Virus record (IMG/VR): IMGVR_UViG_3300042507_005574
DNA length: 64,000 nt
Direction: 5' to 3' (one strand)
Origin: a virus
The position numbers and the translations under genes were made by a program. The notes under the pieces were generated by a model. It was not told the origin of the DNA. It worked only from the letters and a program-made list of their open reading frames with translations, and did not search any database. Shown here one piece after another: positions 8,758-17,475 of the stretch (position 1 is its first letter; each line of letters opens with the position of its first letter).

Positions 8758-8829
8758 GAGGATGTAACTCAATGGCAGAGTTCTACCCTTCCAAGGTAGA
8801 TGTTGCGGGTTCGACTCCCGTCATCCTCT
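8758..8829 (+). tRNA. tRNA-Gly(UCC)
   Basis: CTACC-CT-TCC-AA-GGTAG; U73. Confidence 0.92.
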
Positions 8830-8833
8830 TTTT

Positions 8834-8905
8834 GGGTCGATAGTTCAACGGTAGAACACTGCCTTTGCAAGGCAGGGGTTAGGGGTTCAAATCCCCTTCG
8901 ATCCA
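8834..8905 (+). tRNA. tRNA-Ala(UGC)
   Basis: CTGCC-TT-TGC-AA-GGCAG; G3:U70. Confidence 0.95.
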
Positions 8906-8920
8906 CTCAGGAGAGACACT

Positions 8921-9124
8921 ATGAGTTATACAGCAGGACAAGGATACCGTGATGGATACAATGACAGACAGAGTGGATCTAGGAGCCGTTGTCCTTTTGG
9001 TTCAGGCACGACAGATGATCCATATTGGAGAGAGTATAAGGCAGGATACGCAGATGCTGACCGTGAGATTCTTGAGGATGCCCGAAGAGGGGTGAAAGAG
9101 AAGAATCAATTTTTATCGGAATGA
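8921..9124 (+). CDS. small protein resembling ribosome modulation factor (Rmf-like)
   Basis: AGGAG SD; GYRDGY...SRSRCPF...YWREYKAGY resembles the Rmf GYxxG...CPY...WxxGW pattern. Confidence 0.5.
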   Translation: MSYTAGQGYRDGYNDRQSGSRSRCPFGSGTTDDPYWREYKAGYADADREILEDARRGVKEKNQFLSE

Positions 9125-9130
9125 AATTAA

Positions 9131-9218
9131 GGATGGGTGGCAGAGTGGTCGAATGCGGTAGTCTTGAAAACTACTTTGGAGCAATACTCCAACGGGGGTT
9201 CGAATCCCTCCCCATCCG
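9131..9218 (+). tRNA. tRNA-Ser(UGA)
   Basis: GTAGT-CT-TGA-AA-ACTAC; long variable arm; G73. Confidence 0.95.
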
Positions 9219-9221
9219 TTT

Positions 9222-9302
9222 GCGTAGTCAGCGTATAGGTTGCCAGGGTCATCTACTTGCAAGGGGTGATCTGATACAGAGGTGCAAGTCCTCCGCTACG
9301 CT
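9222..9302 (+). ncRNA. atypical tRNA-like RNA
   Basis: 7-bp acceptor GCGTAGT/GCTACGC plus U; T-arm GAGG-TGCAAGT-CCTC; elongated central arm; flanked by tRNAs with 3-nt spacers. Confidence 0.7.
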
Positions 9303-9305
9303 TTT

Positions 9306-9395
9306 GGACAGATGGCAGAGTGGTCTAATGCTGCGGTTTACTAAACCGCCGATGGTTCTTGAAGCCATCCGGGGGTTCGAATCCCTCTCTGTCCG
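9306..9395 (+). tRNA. tRNA-Ser(ACU)
   Basis: GCGGT-TT-ACT-AA-ACCGC, same register as the neighbouring Ser(UGA); long variable arm; G73. Confidence 0.88.
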
Positions 9396-9400
9396 TTTGG

Positions 9401-9472
9401 TGGCTCGTAGCACAACGGTAGTGCATCCCGCTGTTAACGGGAGGGTTGAAGGTTCGAATCCTTCCGAGCCAG
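9401..9472 (+). tRNA. tRNA-Asn(GUU)
   Basis: TCCCG-CT-GTT-AA-CGGGA. Confidence 0.95.
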
Positions 9473-9473
9473 T

Positions 9474-9544
9474 TGATCTGTGGTGTAAAGGTAGCACAGG
9501 AGATTTTGATTCTCCTTGTCTTGGTTCAAATCCAGGCAGATCAG
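9474..9544 (+). tRNA. tRNA-Gln(UUG)
   Basis: GGAGA-TT-TTG-AT-TCTCC. Confidence 0.93.
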
Positions 9545-9546
9545 TA

Positions 9547-9620
<74 letters not shown>

Positions 9621-9623
9621 TTC

Positions 9624-9651
9624 TTGACATAGTTAGAGTTGCTGTTATAAT
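9624..9651 (+). promoter_or_regulatory. sigma70-type promoter
   Basis: TTGACA-16-TATAAT with extended -10 TG; ATG 6 nt downstream. Confidence 0.85.
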
Positions 9652-9657
9652 TATCAC

Positions 9658-10200
9658 ATGAACATTTTTGTACTAGATTCTGTTCCACAAGTAGCCGCAC
9701 GAAACCTTTGCGACAAACATGTTGTAAAGATGATTGTCGAGAGCGCACAGATGATGTCAACGGCACATCGTGTACTAGACGGAGAACCTACCACCCGTGT
9801 AACTAAGACAGGTAGGAATGTTAAGCATTGGGATCACAGTAATCAGATGTTGTGCCTTGCAACGATGATTCATCACCCATGCACACAGTGGGTAATGAGT
9901 ACAAATAAAAATTACCAATGGTTGTATCAGCATGCGTCAGCCATGCTTATGGAATACAATCTTCGGTATAACAAGATCCATGCCATGGAAAAGTTGATTT
10001 CTGTTCACCTCAGTAGTTGCCCTAAAAATATTCCACTTGGCGATCTCACACCCTTCGCACAGGCGATGCCTGAAAAGTATCGTTCTGAGGATGCGGTCAC
10101 CGCCTATCGCAACTACTACCTCGGTGATAAGGCAAGATTTGCCAAGTGGAAGAATGTTCAAGCACCGAATTGGTGGGTAGGGGTAAATTTTGGGAAGTAA
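9658..10200 (+). CDS. pyrimidine-dimer DNA glycosylase (DenV)-related protein
   Basis: MNIFVLD...CDKHVVKMIVESAQMMSTAH...HPCTQW...AYRNYY. Confidence 0.75.
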   Translation: MNIFVLDSVPQVAARNLCDKHVVKMIVESAQMMSTAHRVLDGEPTTRVTKTGRNVKHWDHSNQMLCLATMIHHPCTQWVMSTNKNYQWLYQHASAMLMEYNLRYNKIHAMEKLISVHLSSCPKNIPLGDLTPFAQAMPEKYRSEDAVTAYRNYYLGDKARFAKWKNVQAPNWWVGVNFGK

Positions 10201-10330
10201 GCACAGCGCAGGAAAGGGAGACACCTACCGAAAGGTAGATTATTCCAAATGGTCTAAGAATTGGGATAGTATATTTGGTAAAAAGCGTAAACCTAAGGTC
10301 ACACGAAAGTCTCGTAAGACGAAGTCATAA
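10190..10330 (+). CDS. small basic protein (46 aa, TTG start; not in ORF track)
   Basis: MGSKHSAGKGDTYRKVDYSKWSKNWDSIFGKK...; GKG...NWDxIFGKK pattern of small T4-like phage proteins; fills the gap exactly. Confidence 0.55.
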   Translation: MGSKHSAGKGDTYRKVDYSKWSKNWDSIFGKKRKPKVTRKSRKTKS

Positions 10331-10338
10331 ATACGAGT

Positions 10339-10710
10339 ATGAACATCATTACGCAACTTTTAACGGTTCAGTCGCAAATTAAAGTGTATCACTGGCAAAC
10401 TAAGTCTTATGCAGAACATAAGGCTTTAGGTAAGTTGTACGAAATTCTTGACGAACTGACTGATCAATTTATTGAAACTATGTCTGGATCTAAAGGTGGA
10501 GTCCCGACCGCAAAGGACAATTTCACCTTCATAGCAGAAAACTACAAATCAAAAGAGAATGTTATCCAATTTCTTGATGAGTTTGTGGTTTATTTGAACC
10601 AAGATATACCTCAAATGATAGATCCACAGAAGGATACTGATTTACTTAATATTCGTGATGAGATTCTTGGTGCAGTAAATAGAACAAAGTATCTTCTGAG
10701 GCTAAAGTAA
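10339..10710 (+). CDS. ferritin/Dps-like four-helix protein
   Basis: VYHWQTKSYAEHKALGKLYE...DQFIE...LLNIRDEI. Confidence 0.75.
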   Translation: MNIITQLLTVQSQIKVYHWQTKSYAEHKALGKLYEILDELTDQFIETMSGSKGGVPTAKDNFTFIAENYKSKENVIQFLDEFVVYLNQDIPQMIDPQKDTDLLNIRDEILGAVNRTKYLLRLK

Positions 10711-10713
10711 TTA

Positions 10714-11397
10714 ATGCTTAAATTTCAGCAAATTCATTCAATGGATAGTATTATTGGTTATTCGAATCCAAGATCTCTTGCGAAAATGGAGGATGACAAG
10801 AAAGATCCATTTTCGGTGTTGGGTAAATTCTTAAGATCGGGGGTTCCCGTTTCAAGAGTGATTGATAGTCCCCCCATTAATAGTAGTACAAAAACTCTGA
10901 ATGAAATTAACTATATCACCAGAAGAATGAATGATTCTACTGAACAAGAGAAGAAGTTTGCCATTGAAATGGATCCAATAGAAAACCATTACAAATTCTG
11001 GGCAGAACAAGCATCAGTTATGACAGGGGAGAACTATTCTAAAGATATGTTCTCCAATATTACTAAAAACACAGATGGAATTCTTTCCTATTTCAAGGTC
11101 TACTTTAACCGTGCTAGACCATATCAGATTTCAAATGAATACGGTAAGAAAATAACCATTCTAGTTGCAGATCCTTATACTCCGGCCTATCCTTCGGGTC
11201 ATACTTTTGAAGCATGGTTGTTTGCTTTACTTCTTTCGAATAAGCATACGGATCACAGAGAAAAATTTGAAAGTATTGCCAATCAAATAGCGGACTCTAG
11301 AGTCGTTGCTGGTGTTCACTATCCATCAGATAACATTGCAGGAAAAAGACTAGCAACTTATATCGTAAAAAACAAATTAGTGGAACCCCTCAAATGA
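10714..11397 (+). CDS. PAP2-family phosphatase
   Basis: KVYFNRARP, YPSGHT, SRVVAGVHYPSD motifs. Confidence 0.85.
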   Translation: MLKFQQIHSMDSIIGYSNPRSLAKMEDDKKDPFSVLGKFLRSGVPVSRVIDSPPINSSTKTLNEINYITRRMNDSTEQEKKFAIEMDPIENHYKFWAEQASVMTGENYSKDMFSNITKNTDGILSYFKVYFNRARPYQISNEYGKKITILVADPYTPAYPSGHTFEAWLFALLLSNKHTDHREKFESIANQIADSRVVAGVHYPSDNIAGKRLATYIVKNKLVEPLK

Positions 11398-11927
11398 AAG
11401 ACTTTTTAGACTACTTCAAAGAAGATTCTAGTAAAAGACCGACCATCTATTGCGATATGGATGGTGTTCTAGTTGATATAATTGGAGGTATGTCCAAAAT
11501 TTTAAATATTCCAAATCTATCACAGAAGAATTTTGATAGTATTATCAATCCAATCAAACCTAAAATTGATGAAGATCATCCAGATTTATTTGCTAAACTG
11601 CCTTGGATGCCGGATGGTAAAACACTTTGGAAATATATCTCAAAGTACAAGGTAGAAATTCTATCAGCACACACAACAACTTGGCAACCGAAATCTAAAT
11701 CGGGTAAGATAAAGTGGATTGAAAATAACTTGCGTCCTAAGCCTCACTTTTCAAATATAGTTCTTCGCACACAGAAAAAGGACTATGCCAAAACTGATGG
11801 CGTTCCCAATATTTTAATTGATGATTGGAGCAAGAACATTAAAGAATGGCAATCTGCTGGTGGTATTGCCATTCAGCATAAGAGCGCAAATCAAACCATT
11901 CTTGAACTTAAGAAGTTAGGTCTTTAA
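11394..11927 (+). CDS. HAD 5'(3')-deoxyribonucleotidase-like protein
   Basis: YCDMDGVLVD, ILIDD; N-terminus MKDFLDYFKE. Confidence 0.85.
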   Translation: MKDFLDYFKEDSSKRPTIYCDMDGVLVDIIGGMSKILNIPNLSQKNFDSIINPIKPKIDEDHPDLFAKLPWMPDGKTLWKYISKYKVEILSAHTTTWQPKSKSGKIKWIENNLRPKPHFSNIVLRTQKKDYAKTDGVPNILIDDWSKNIKEWQSAGGIAIQHKSANQTILELKKLGL

Positions 11928-11930
11928 GGC

Positions 11931-11958
11931 TTGACAAACTTTTCGGTGTGGTTATAAT
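11931..11958 (+). promoter_or_regulatory. sigma70-type promoter for tRNAs
   Basis: TTGACA-16-TATAAT. Confidence 0.85.
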
Positions 11959-11967
11959 TTAACCAAA

Positions 11968-12051
11968 GCCGAAGTGGATGGAATGGCAGACACGGCGGAT
12001 TCAAAATCCGCTGCCTTCACGGGCGTGTGGGTTCGACTCCCACCTTCGGCA
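11968..12051 (+). tRNA. tRNA-Leu(CAA)
   Basis: GCGGA-TT-CAA-AA-TCCGC; long variable arm. Confidence 0.92.
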
Positions 12052-12055
12052 TTCT

Positions 12056-12128
12056 GCTTCCTTAACTCAGTGGCTAGAGTGCTTCCTTTACACGGAAGAA
12101 GTCGTAGGTTCGAATCCTATAGGAAGTA
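12056..12128 (+). tRNA. tRNA-Val(UAC)
   Basis: CTTCC-TT-TAC-AC-GGAAG. Confidence 0.95.
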
Positions 12129-12130
12129 TT

Positions 12131-12415
12131 ATGGCAAAGCGTAAACTATGGGCAATCGGTATCATGCATGGTAACGATCTACAGGGTCACTTGGTTGAGA
12201 GATCCAACATCATAGCAGTATACGAGAGCGAGGAAGCAGCCAAAAAGGAAGCCAAGTGGCTCAACGAATTCCATAGAAAGTCATCTTCCAAGACGATTTA
12301 TGAGCCTGTACGGTGGAAGGATGATGGGAGTGAAACTTCTATTCAGTCTAAGGACGAAAAGATAATTAACTATTCGAAAATGGATGAGGGGCTGACTGCT
12401 TTGTTTGAGGATTAA
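12131..12415 (+). CDS. hypothetical protein
   Basis: MAKRKLW...; 3' part of track ORF 11978..12415. Confidence 0.6.
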   Translation: MAKRKLWAIGIMHGNDLQGHLVERSNIIAVYESEEAAKKEAKWLNEFHRKSSSKTIYEPVRWKDDGSETSIQSKDEKIINYSKMDEGLTALFED

Positions 12416-12434
12416 ATCGTCATAAATAATCAAC

Positions 12435-12860
12435 ATGAACAATCCATTTAAAAACACTAGTAAAGAAATGCTTGATGCAATCAATAGCATCATTAATGAG
12501 CAAAATCAACCACAGGCATTGAAGGCTTTAAATATTGGTGGTAGAGTTGCACAAACAATCGATTTTACCATGTCAACTGATGACCCCGATGTTTACCTTA
12601 AGGGACTAGGGACATTACCCCTCTCAATGATAAAGAAACTGGTTAAGCAAGACTTGATCAGATTTGCTGATAAAGTCGGAGTGGCTAGTTCAAAAGAACT
12701 AATTTCTTTCATGATCGACATTGAAGGCAAGAAAACAAATAATCCGTTTGGACAATTTGCGTATCGTCTTCATGGATTAGCAGAAATTGAAGAATTCTTG
12801 AGTAAACCAGAAACTAAGCGCAAAATCTCCCTCATGAAGAAGAAGAGTGGTATTGTCTAA
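12435..12860 (+). CDS. late hypothetical protein, possible head protein
   Basis: TAAATA upstream; ...AINSIINE-Q site. Confidence 0.6.
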   Translation: MNNPFKNTSKEMLDAINSIINEQNQPQALKALNIGGRVAQTIDFTMSTDDPDVYLKGLGTLPLSMIKKLVKQDLIRFADKVGVASSKELISFMIDIEGKKTNNPFGQFAYRLHGLAEIEEFLSKPETKRKISLMKKKSGIV

Positions 12861-13254
12861 ATCACTTAGAAATACAGCAAAAATTCAAAAATGCCGATCA
12901 GCCGATTGCTCCCCAAATAGCGACGAGATGGCAGAGGTTTCAATGCGTCTTGGAAAATCAGGGAAGTCTAAGATGGCCGGATTTACGCATCTGAACAAAT
13001 TGGTATCGATGATGAAGGAATCAAATGTTTGGACGGGTTCCATCAAAGGATATTTCTTCCGAGGCACAATACCAACTAAAATGAAGTCTGAGATAAAAGA
13101 GTATTCAAAAGTCGCTGGATGGCAAAGTAAAACCACCAAACGGATGAGTAAGTCTGGAATAATGTGGAGAGCCAAAGGTAAAAGATATCTCTTGATCTTT
13201 GCCAACTACCGTGGAATGGGCAATCGAATTTATTGCTCATTGACCATAATCTGA
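12847..13254 (+). CDS. basic hypothetical protein
   Basis: 135-aa ORF filling the gap; start uncertain. Confidence 0.5.
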   Translation: MVLSKSLRNTAKIQKCRSADCSPNSDEMAEVSMRLGKSGKSKMAGFTHLNKLVSMMKESNVWTGSIKGYFFRGTIPTKMKSEIKEYSKVAGWQSKTTKRMSKSGIMWRAKGKRYLLIFANYRGMGNRIYCSLTII

Positions 13255-13282
13255 TTGACAAAACCGAAAACGCCGATACAAT
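13255..13282 (+). promoter_or_regulatory. sigma70-type promoter
   Basis: TTGACA-16-TACAAT. Confidence 0.75.
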
Positions 13283-13306
13283 CTCACAACACAAAGGAGG
13301 TGCTAT

Positions 13307-13546
13307 ATGCACAATATTTCAGGATTAGGTTTGGGGCTTGTTGTTTCATCGGTTCTCAATGGAGTTCTTCTTATCCTTCTTTATCTGAAGAGCAAGGCAC
13401 ACGCAGAAGATATGAATGCACTCAATAATGTGCAAAAAAACATGGAAGATGAACGCCGTCACGATGCTATGTGGAGAGAAATCGATAGCCTCAGCGAAAG
13501 CATCAGGGAACTAAAGAGCAATCGCACAGGTGGAATTCGAAAGTAA
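13307..13546 (+). CDS. small membrane-anchored coiled-coil protein
   Basis: AAGGAGGT SD; N-terminal TM helix. Confidence 0.7.
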   Translation: MHNISGLGLGLVVSSVLNGVLLILLYLKSKAHAEDMNALNNVQKNMEDERRHDAMWREIDSLSESIRELKSNRTGGIRK

Positions 13547-13573
13547 AATTAAGTGGATCGTAAGATCCACGCC

Positions 13574-13645
13574 GCCATCTTAGCAGAGTGGTAATGCAGT
13601 CGCCTTGTAAGCGACAGATCATGGGTTCGATTCCCATAGATGGCT
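13574..13645 (+). tRNA. tRNA-Thr(UGU)
   Basis: GTCGC-CT-TGT-AA-GCGAC. Confidence 0.95.
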
Positions 13646-13667
13646 TTACGACGGCCTAAATATGAAC

Positions 13668-14912
13668 ATGAGACCGATTTGTCTGTCCGACTTTATTCGT
13701 CAGCAAGAATCTTTGGAGCCTGAGATACTAATTTCAGAAGGTGCTTGCCCTCCTATTAGTGGGCATGGATTTGCATTAGAGAGATCTATTGCGACAGCAA
13801 TGAAGTGTGCTGCTGAAAATTTATTGAAAGATACTCGTCAAGACAGATTTGATATTGGAGACAGTGCAGGAAATGACAATGATAAGCCCGATTTGGTTAT
13901 CAGAGTAAGAAAAGTTGCGGGATCGTCTTTCTCAGGTAACATCAATATTGAGATCAAAGATGAAAGTGCACAGGGAACGCAGATTGGATTGCGGAATAAT
14001 TTTGACCCTTTCAGTTCCGAAGATGTGACTGAGACATCTTGGACCCAAAGTGGGCGAAAAAAGATTCAGGTTGAAAAAGAAATTTGGCTAGGAATCATTC
14101 GGGCAATTCACACCAAGAAGTTTGAAATGATTCGACAGATGCAACAGTATCTTCGAACTTCTATGGACCCATCAGCACTACACAAGAAGTACATTATTCC
14201 TGGTAGACTACCCTTTGGTAAGGTTTCTAAAATTGCGTGGAAACAGGTAGGAAACAAGGGAACTATTTTCACTCAGAGTGGAGACAAACTCTCCTACAAT
14301 ATCAACGAGTATATTCAAGACTCAGCCAATATTAGATTTTATGAAGAAATCTTGCGGCAAAAGAATGTGCATTTCATTTACATCAATGGAAGAGGACTAT
14401 ATTCAACTGGCCTTAGTAGTTCTCCCTCTATTAAAGGATTGCCAAGACTCGTAGATTCGTGTAAAGGTGCTGCTCAAGTCGAAATTAGACTCAAAGCGAG
14501 TGGCGGCTCATATACAAAAAGCGATGCTGCGTTGTCTGAACAGTCAATCGTTACTCATCTGTATTGTAATCAAGATCCAACCACCATTAAAGCCAAGCGC
14601 ATTTACATGGAGGATTGGGCTGGAAGTACGCCAGTTAATCAATCCAAACTCTACATGTTTGATGATGAGGATAAACTTCCTTCCGGAATTTCCCACGCCA
14701 AGGGAAACGAAGTTGCTAAACTAGTCAGCATTAAGAGCATTAAACCCACAAACGAACCCTCCAAGTGGTCAGTTCGTATGGATATTAAACATAGAACTAC
14801 AAGTCCAACTCTTCAGTTTACGACCCGAATCACATCCAAGAATTTTACGGAATCTCCCTATAAATTCGACACACAAGAAGATATGATAAATTTTCTTCAG
14901 TCTATTCCATAA
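13668..14912 (+). CDS. putative PD-(D/E)XK nuclease-fold protein
   Basis: GFALE...KPDLVI...NIEIK; TAAATA 5 nt before ATG 13668. Confidence 0.55.
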   Translation: MRPICLSDFIRQQESLEPEILISEGACPPISGHGFALERSIATAMKCAAENLLKDTRQDRFDIGDSAGNDNDKPDLVIRVRKVAGSSFSGNINIEIKDESAQGTQIGLRNNFDPFSSEDVTETSWTQSGRKKIQVEKEIWLGIIRAIHTKKFEMIRQMQQYLRTSMDPSALHKKYIIPGRLPFGKVSKIAWKQVGNKGTIFTQSGDKLSYNINEYIQDSANIRFYEEILRQKNVHFIYINGRGLYSTGLSSSPSIKGLPRLVDSCKGAAQVEIRLKASGGSYTKSDAALSEQSIVTHLYCNQDPTTIKAKRIYMEDWAGSTPVNQSKLYMFDDEDKLPSGISHAKGNEVAKLVSIKSIKPTNEPSKWSVRMDIKHRTTSPTLQFTTRITSKNFTESPYKFDTQEDMINFLQSIP

Positions 14913-14980
14913 GTTGTTGATATCAAATAACTTGTAAAACTAAATATACTGTAGGGCTAAACCCCCGAAGGAGGTGTTCC

Positions 14981-15727
14981 ATGAGAAACCTTTGGGTAGT
15001 AGGACTGCTGCTTGCAGTCACAGTAAGTACATCGGTAGATCGTGCGGGAGTCAAGGCAAAAATAGCCGAGGCTCCCGTGGTCGTTTATGGGGATGGCCTT
15101 TCAGTTGCAGAGAGAATTTTATCTCACTCTGTGGTAATTCTATATGAAACACTAGAGGGAAAGAAGAGTCTTGGATCCGGCGTTCTTTATAATAAGAATG
15201 GTTCTTGGTTTGTGATGACCGCCGCACATGTAATTCAAGATGAGAAGGAATTTGGTAAGGGTAAAATTTCAATAGCATTCACTCCATATAATTCAGACAT
15301 TCCAACGCATGCGTGGAAAGGAATTTTACTAGCGCACAATGAATCTCTAGATGCAGCCATAATAGGATTAGAAGACGCAAAAGATCTTAAAGATTCTATG
15401 GACTCAGTATTCGATAGAAATGAGCCTAGAATAGGAAAAGAGATATATGCGGTAGGCAATCCTTTAGGTGAAATCAATACAGTTACCGATGGAATAATCT
15501 CCAACAACAGGCGAAAGGTCGATTGGACAAATGAACACCATGTGCAAATCACCGCAAATGGTGCGCCCGGATCAAGTGGGGGTGGAGTATTCACTAAAGA
15601 TAAGGGTCAATGTATTGGTATCGTTGTAAGAATAAACTATGGAACTAGAATTCTAATGGTTGTTCCTACAAATAGAATATTCGATTGGCTTGACGCAAAT
15701 AATCTTTCCAATATAGCACCTGACTGA
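14981..15727 (+). CDS. trypsin-like serine protease with signal peptide
   Basis: TAAHV, DAAII, GSSGGG catalytic triad; GNPLG; hydrophobic N-terminus; GGAGGT SD. Confidence 0.9.
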   Translation: MRNLWVVGLLLAVTVSTSVDRAGVKAKIAEAPVVVYGDGLSVAERILSHSVVILYETLEGKKSLGSGVLYNKNGSWFVMTAAHVIQDEKEFGKGKISIAFTPYNSDIPTHAWKGILLAHNESLDAAIIGLEDAKDLKDSMDSVFDRNEPRIGKEIYAVGNPLGEINTVTDGIISNNRRKVDWTNEHHVQITANGAPGSSGGGVFTKDKGQCIGIVVRINYGTRILMVVPTNRIFDWLDANNLSNIAPD

Positions 15728-15755
15728 TTGACTTTTTGTTCGTAGGCCGTATACT
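15728..15755 (+). promoter_or_regulatory. sigma70-type promoter of the replication operon
   Basis: TTGACT-16-TATACT. Confidence 0.75.
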
Positions 15756-15779
15756 CTCCACATCTCACAAGGAGGAAAT

Positions 15780-16472
15780 ATGCCTACAACTACTAACTGC
15801 GTCAAGATTTCACCTGAGACTCTTTCGATTCTCAAGAATTTTGCTTCCATCAATCCTAGCCTGTTAATTCGATCAGGCAGTAAACTTAATACGGTTTGTC
15901 CGTCCAACCGAATTCTTGCAGAGGCACAGGTTTCTGAGCACTTTCCTGTCGATTTTGCGATTTACGACATGGCTCAATTTCTTGGTATTGTTAGTTTGTT
16001 CAAGTCACCTGTGTTTGAGTTCAAGGATACACATTTAGTCATCTCTTCAGATGGTGATGGTGGATCTAGTTCTGTCAAGTATTTTTATACTAACCCCGAA
16101 TTCATTCAGAACAAGGGAGATAAGAAGATCAAGATGCCGAACTCTGTGGTTGTCTTCGATATTAGCGAGAGTGATCTCGCCTCTATCATGAAGGCAGCAT
16201 CTGTTCTTCAAGTTCCTGATATGTGTATCACAGGTGAGGAGGGAAACCTTCTTGTTAGAGTTTGTGATAAGAAGAACCCGACAGGTAATAGTTGGGAACT
16301 GATTGTCTCTGAAGTTGCAGAAGAGGCCGATCACTTCCCCTTCTGGTTCAGTATCGACACAATGAAAATGGTTCAGGATGATTATGCGGTTTCAATCGCA
16401 TCTAAGGCAGTAGCAAATCTCAAGGGAAAGAATGTGCCTGTTCAGTATTGGATCGCTATGAGTGCAGGATAA
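15780..16472 (+). CDS. gp45: sliding clamp
   Basis: ETLSILKNFASINPSL...FAIYD...QYWIA. Confidence 0.95.
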   Translation: MPTTTNCVKISPETLSILKNFASINPSLLIRSGSKLNTVCPSNRILAEAQVSEHFPVDFAIYDMAQFLGIVSLFKSPVFEFKDTHLVISSDGDGGSSSVKYFYTNPEFIQNKGDKKIKMPNSVVVFDISESDLASIMKAASVLQVPDMCITGEEGNLLVRVCDKKNPTGNSWELIVSEVAEEADHFPFWFSIDTMKMVQDDYAVSIASKAVANLKGKNVPVQYWIAMSAG

Positions 16473-16476
16473 TAAA

Positions 16477-17415
16477 ATGAATCACTTTTTGTGGGTAGAA
16501 AAATATCGACCGAAAGATATCGACTCCTGTATCCTTCCTGACAGGATTCAGCAGACATTTCGTGATGTTGTAAAGTCTGGTCAAATGCCCAACATGATTT
16601 TAACGGGAAGTGCAGGTTCAGGCAAAACGACTGTCGCCCGAGCATTATGCAATGAGATGAACTTGGACATGCTGTTCATCAATGCATCGGACGAGAGTGG
16701 AATTGATGTTCTTCGAACTAAGATTCGCAACTTTGCTTCTACTGTTTCGATCAGTGGGGGAAATAAAGTGGTGATCTTAGATGAAGCAGATTATCTAAAT
16801 CCGTCTTCCACTCAACCTGCACTTCGTGGTTTCATGGAAGAGTTTGCTGCTAATTGCAGATTTATTCTGACTTGTAATTTCAAGAATAGAATAATTGAGC
16901 CATTACACAGTCGATGCAATCTGATCGACTTTAAAATCTTCTCAAGTGAGAAAGTTAGTGTTGCTGCTAAATTCAGCCAAAGAGTGAAGCATATTCTTGA
17001 TGCTGAAGGGATCAGTTATAACGATAAGGTTATCGCTGATTTGATTATCAAGAATTTTCCCGATTTCCGTAAAACCATCAATGAACTGCAAAGATATTCA
17101 TCGGGCGGAAAAATTGATGTGGGAGTTCTTTCAACTAGCGAGAATAACCTTGGAATCAAGACTTTGGTCAAGGCTCTCAAGGCAAAAAGTTTTAATGAAA
17201 TTCGGAAGTGGGTCATAGACAATAGTGATAAAGACTCTTCGCATTTATTCCGATCAATCTACGACGGTTTACAGGACCACTTGACCCCTGACTCCATTCC
17301 ACAGGCGGTTTTAATTATTTCAGAATATCAGTATAAGGCAGCATTCGTCGCAGACCATGAAATAAATTTAACCGCATGTTGTATTTCTCTTGCCGCCGAC
17401 TGTACCTTTAAGTGA
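16477..17415 (+). CDS. gp44: clamp loader large subunit
   Basis: LWVEKYRP, GSAGSGKTT, ILDEAD, SRC. Confidence 0.96.
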   Translation: MNHFLWVEKYRPKDIDSCILPDRIQQTFRDVVKSGQMPNMILTGSAGSGKTTVARALCNEMNLDMLFINASDESGIDVLRTKIRNFASTVSISGGNKVVILDEADYLNPSSTQPALRGFMEEFAANCRFILTCNFKNRIIEPLHSRCNLIDFKIFSSEKVSVAAKFSQRVKHILDAEGISYNDKVIADLIIKNFPDFRKTINELQRYSSGGKIDVGVLSTSENNLGIKTLVKALKAKSFNEIRKWVIDNSDKDSSHLFRSIYDGLQDHLTPDSIPQAVLIISEYQYKAAFVADHEINLTACCISLAADCTFK

Positions 17416-17475
17416 CTTGAAGCGATGTTTCTCTATAAATAGATTCGTACTATCCCCTAAGACTAGGAGGCAGAA

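Noticed and set aside
9333-9349. Reading the Ser tRNA loop as a CUA amber suppressor, implying stop-codon recoding
   Set aside because: Stem register gives ACT at 34-36; genes are intact and densely packed under the standard code, and TAG is used as a stop (3637, 34858)
11978-12130. N-terminal extension of ORF 11978..12415
   Set aside because: It is tRNA-Leu and tRNA-Val sequence
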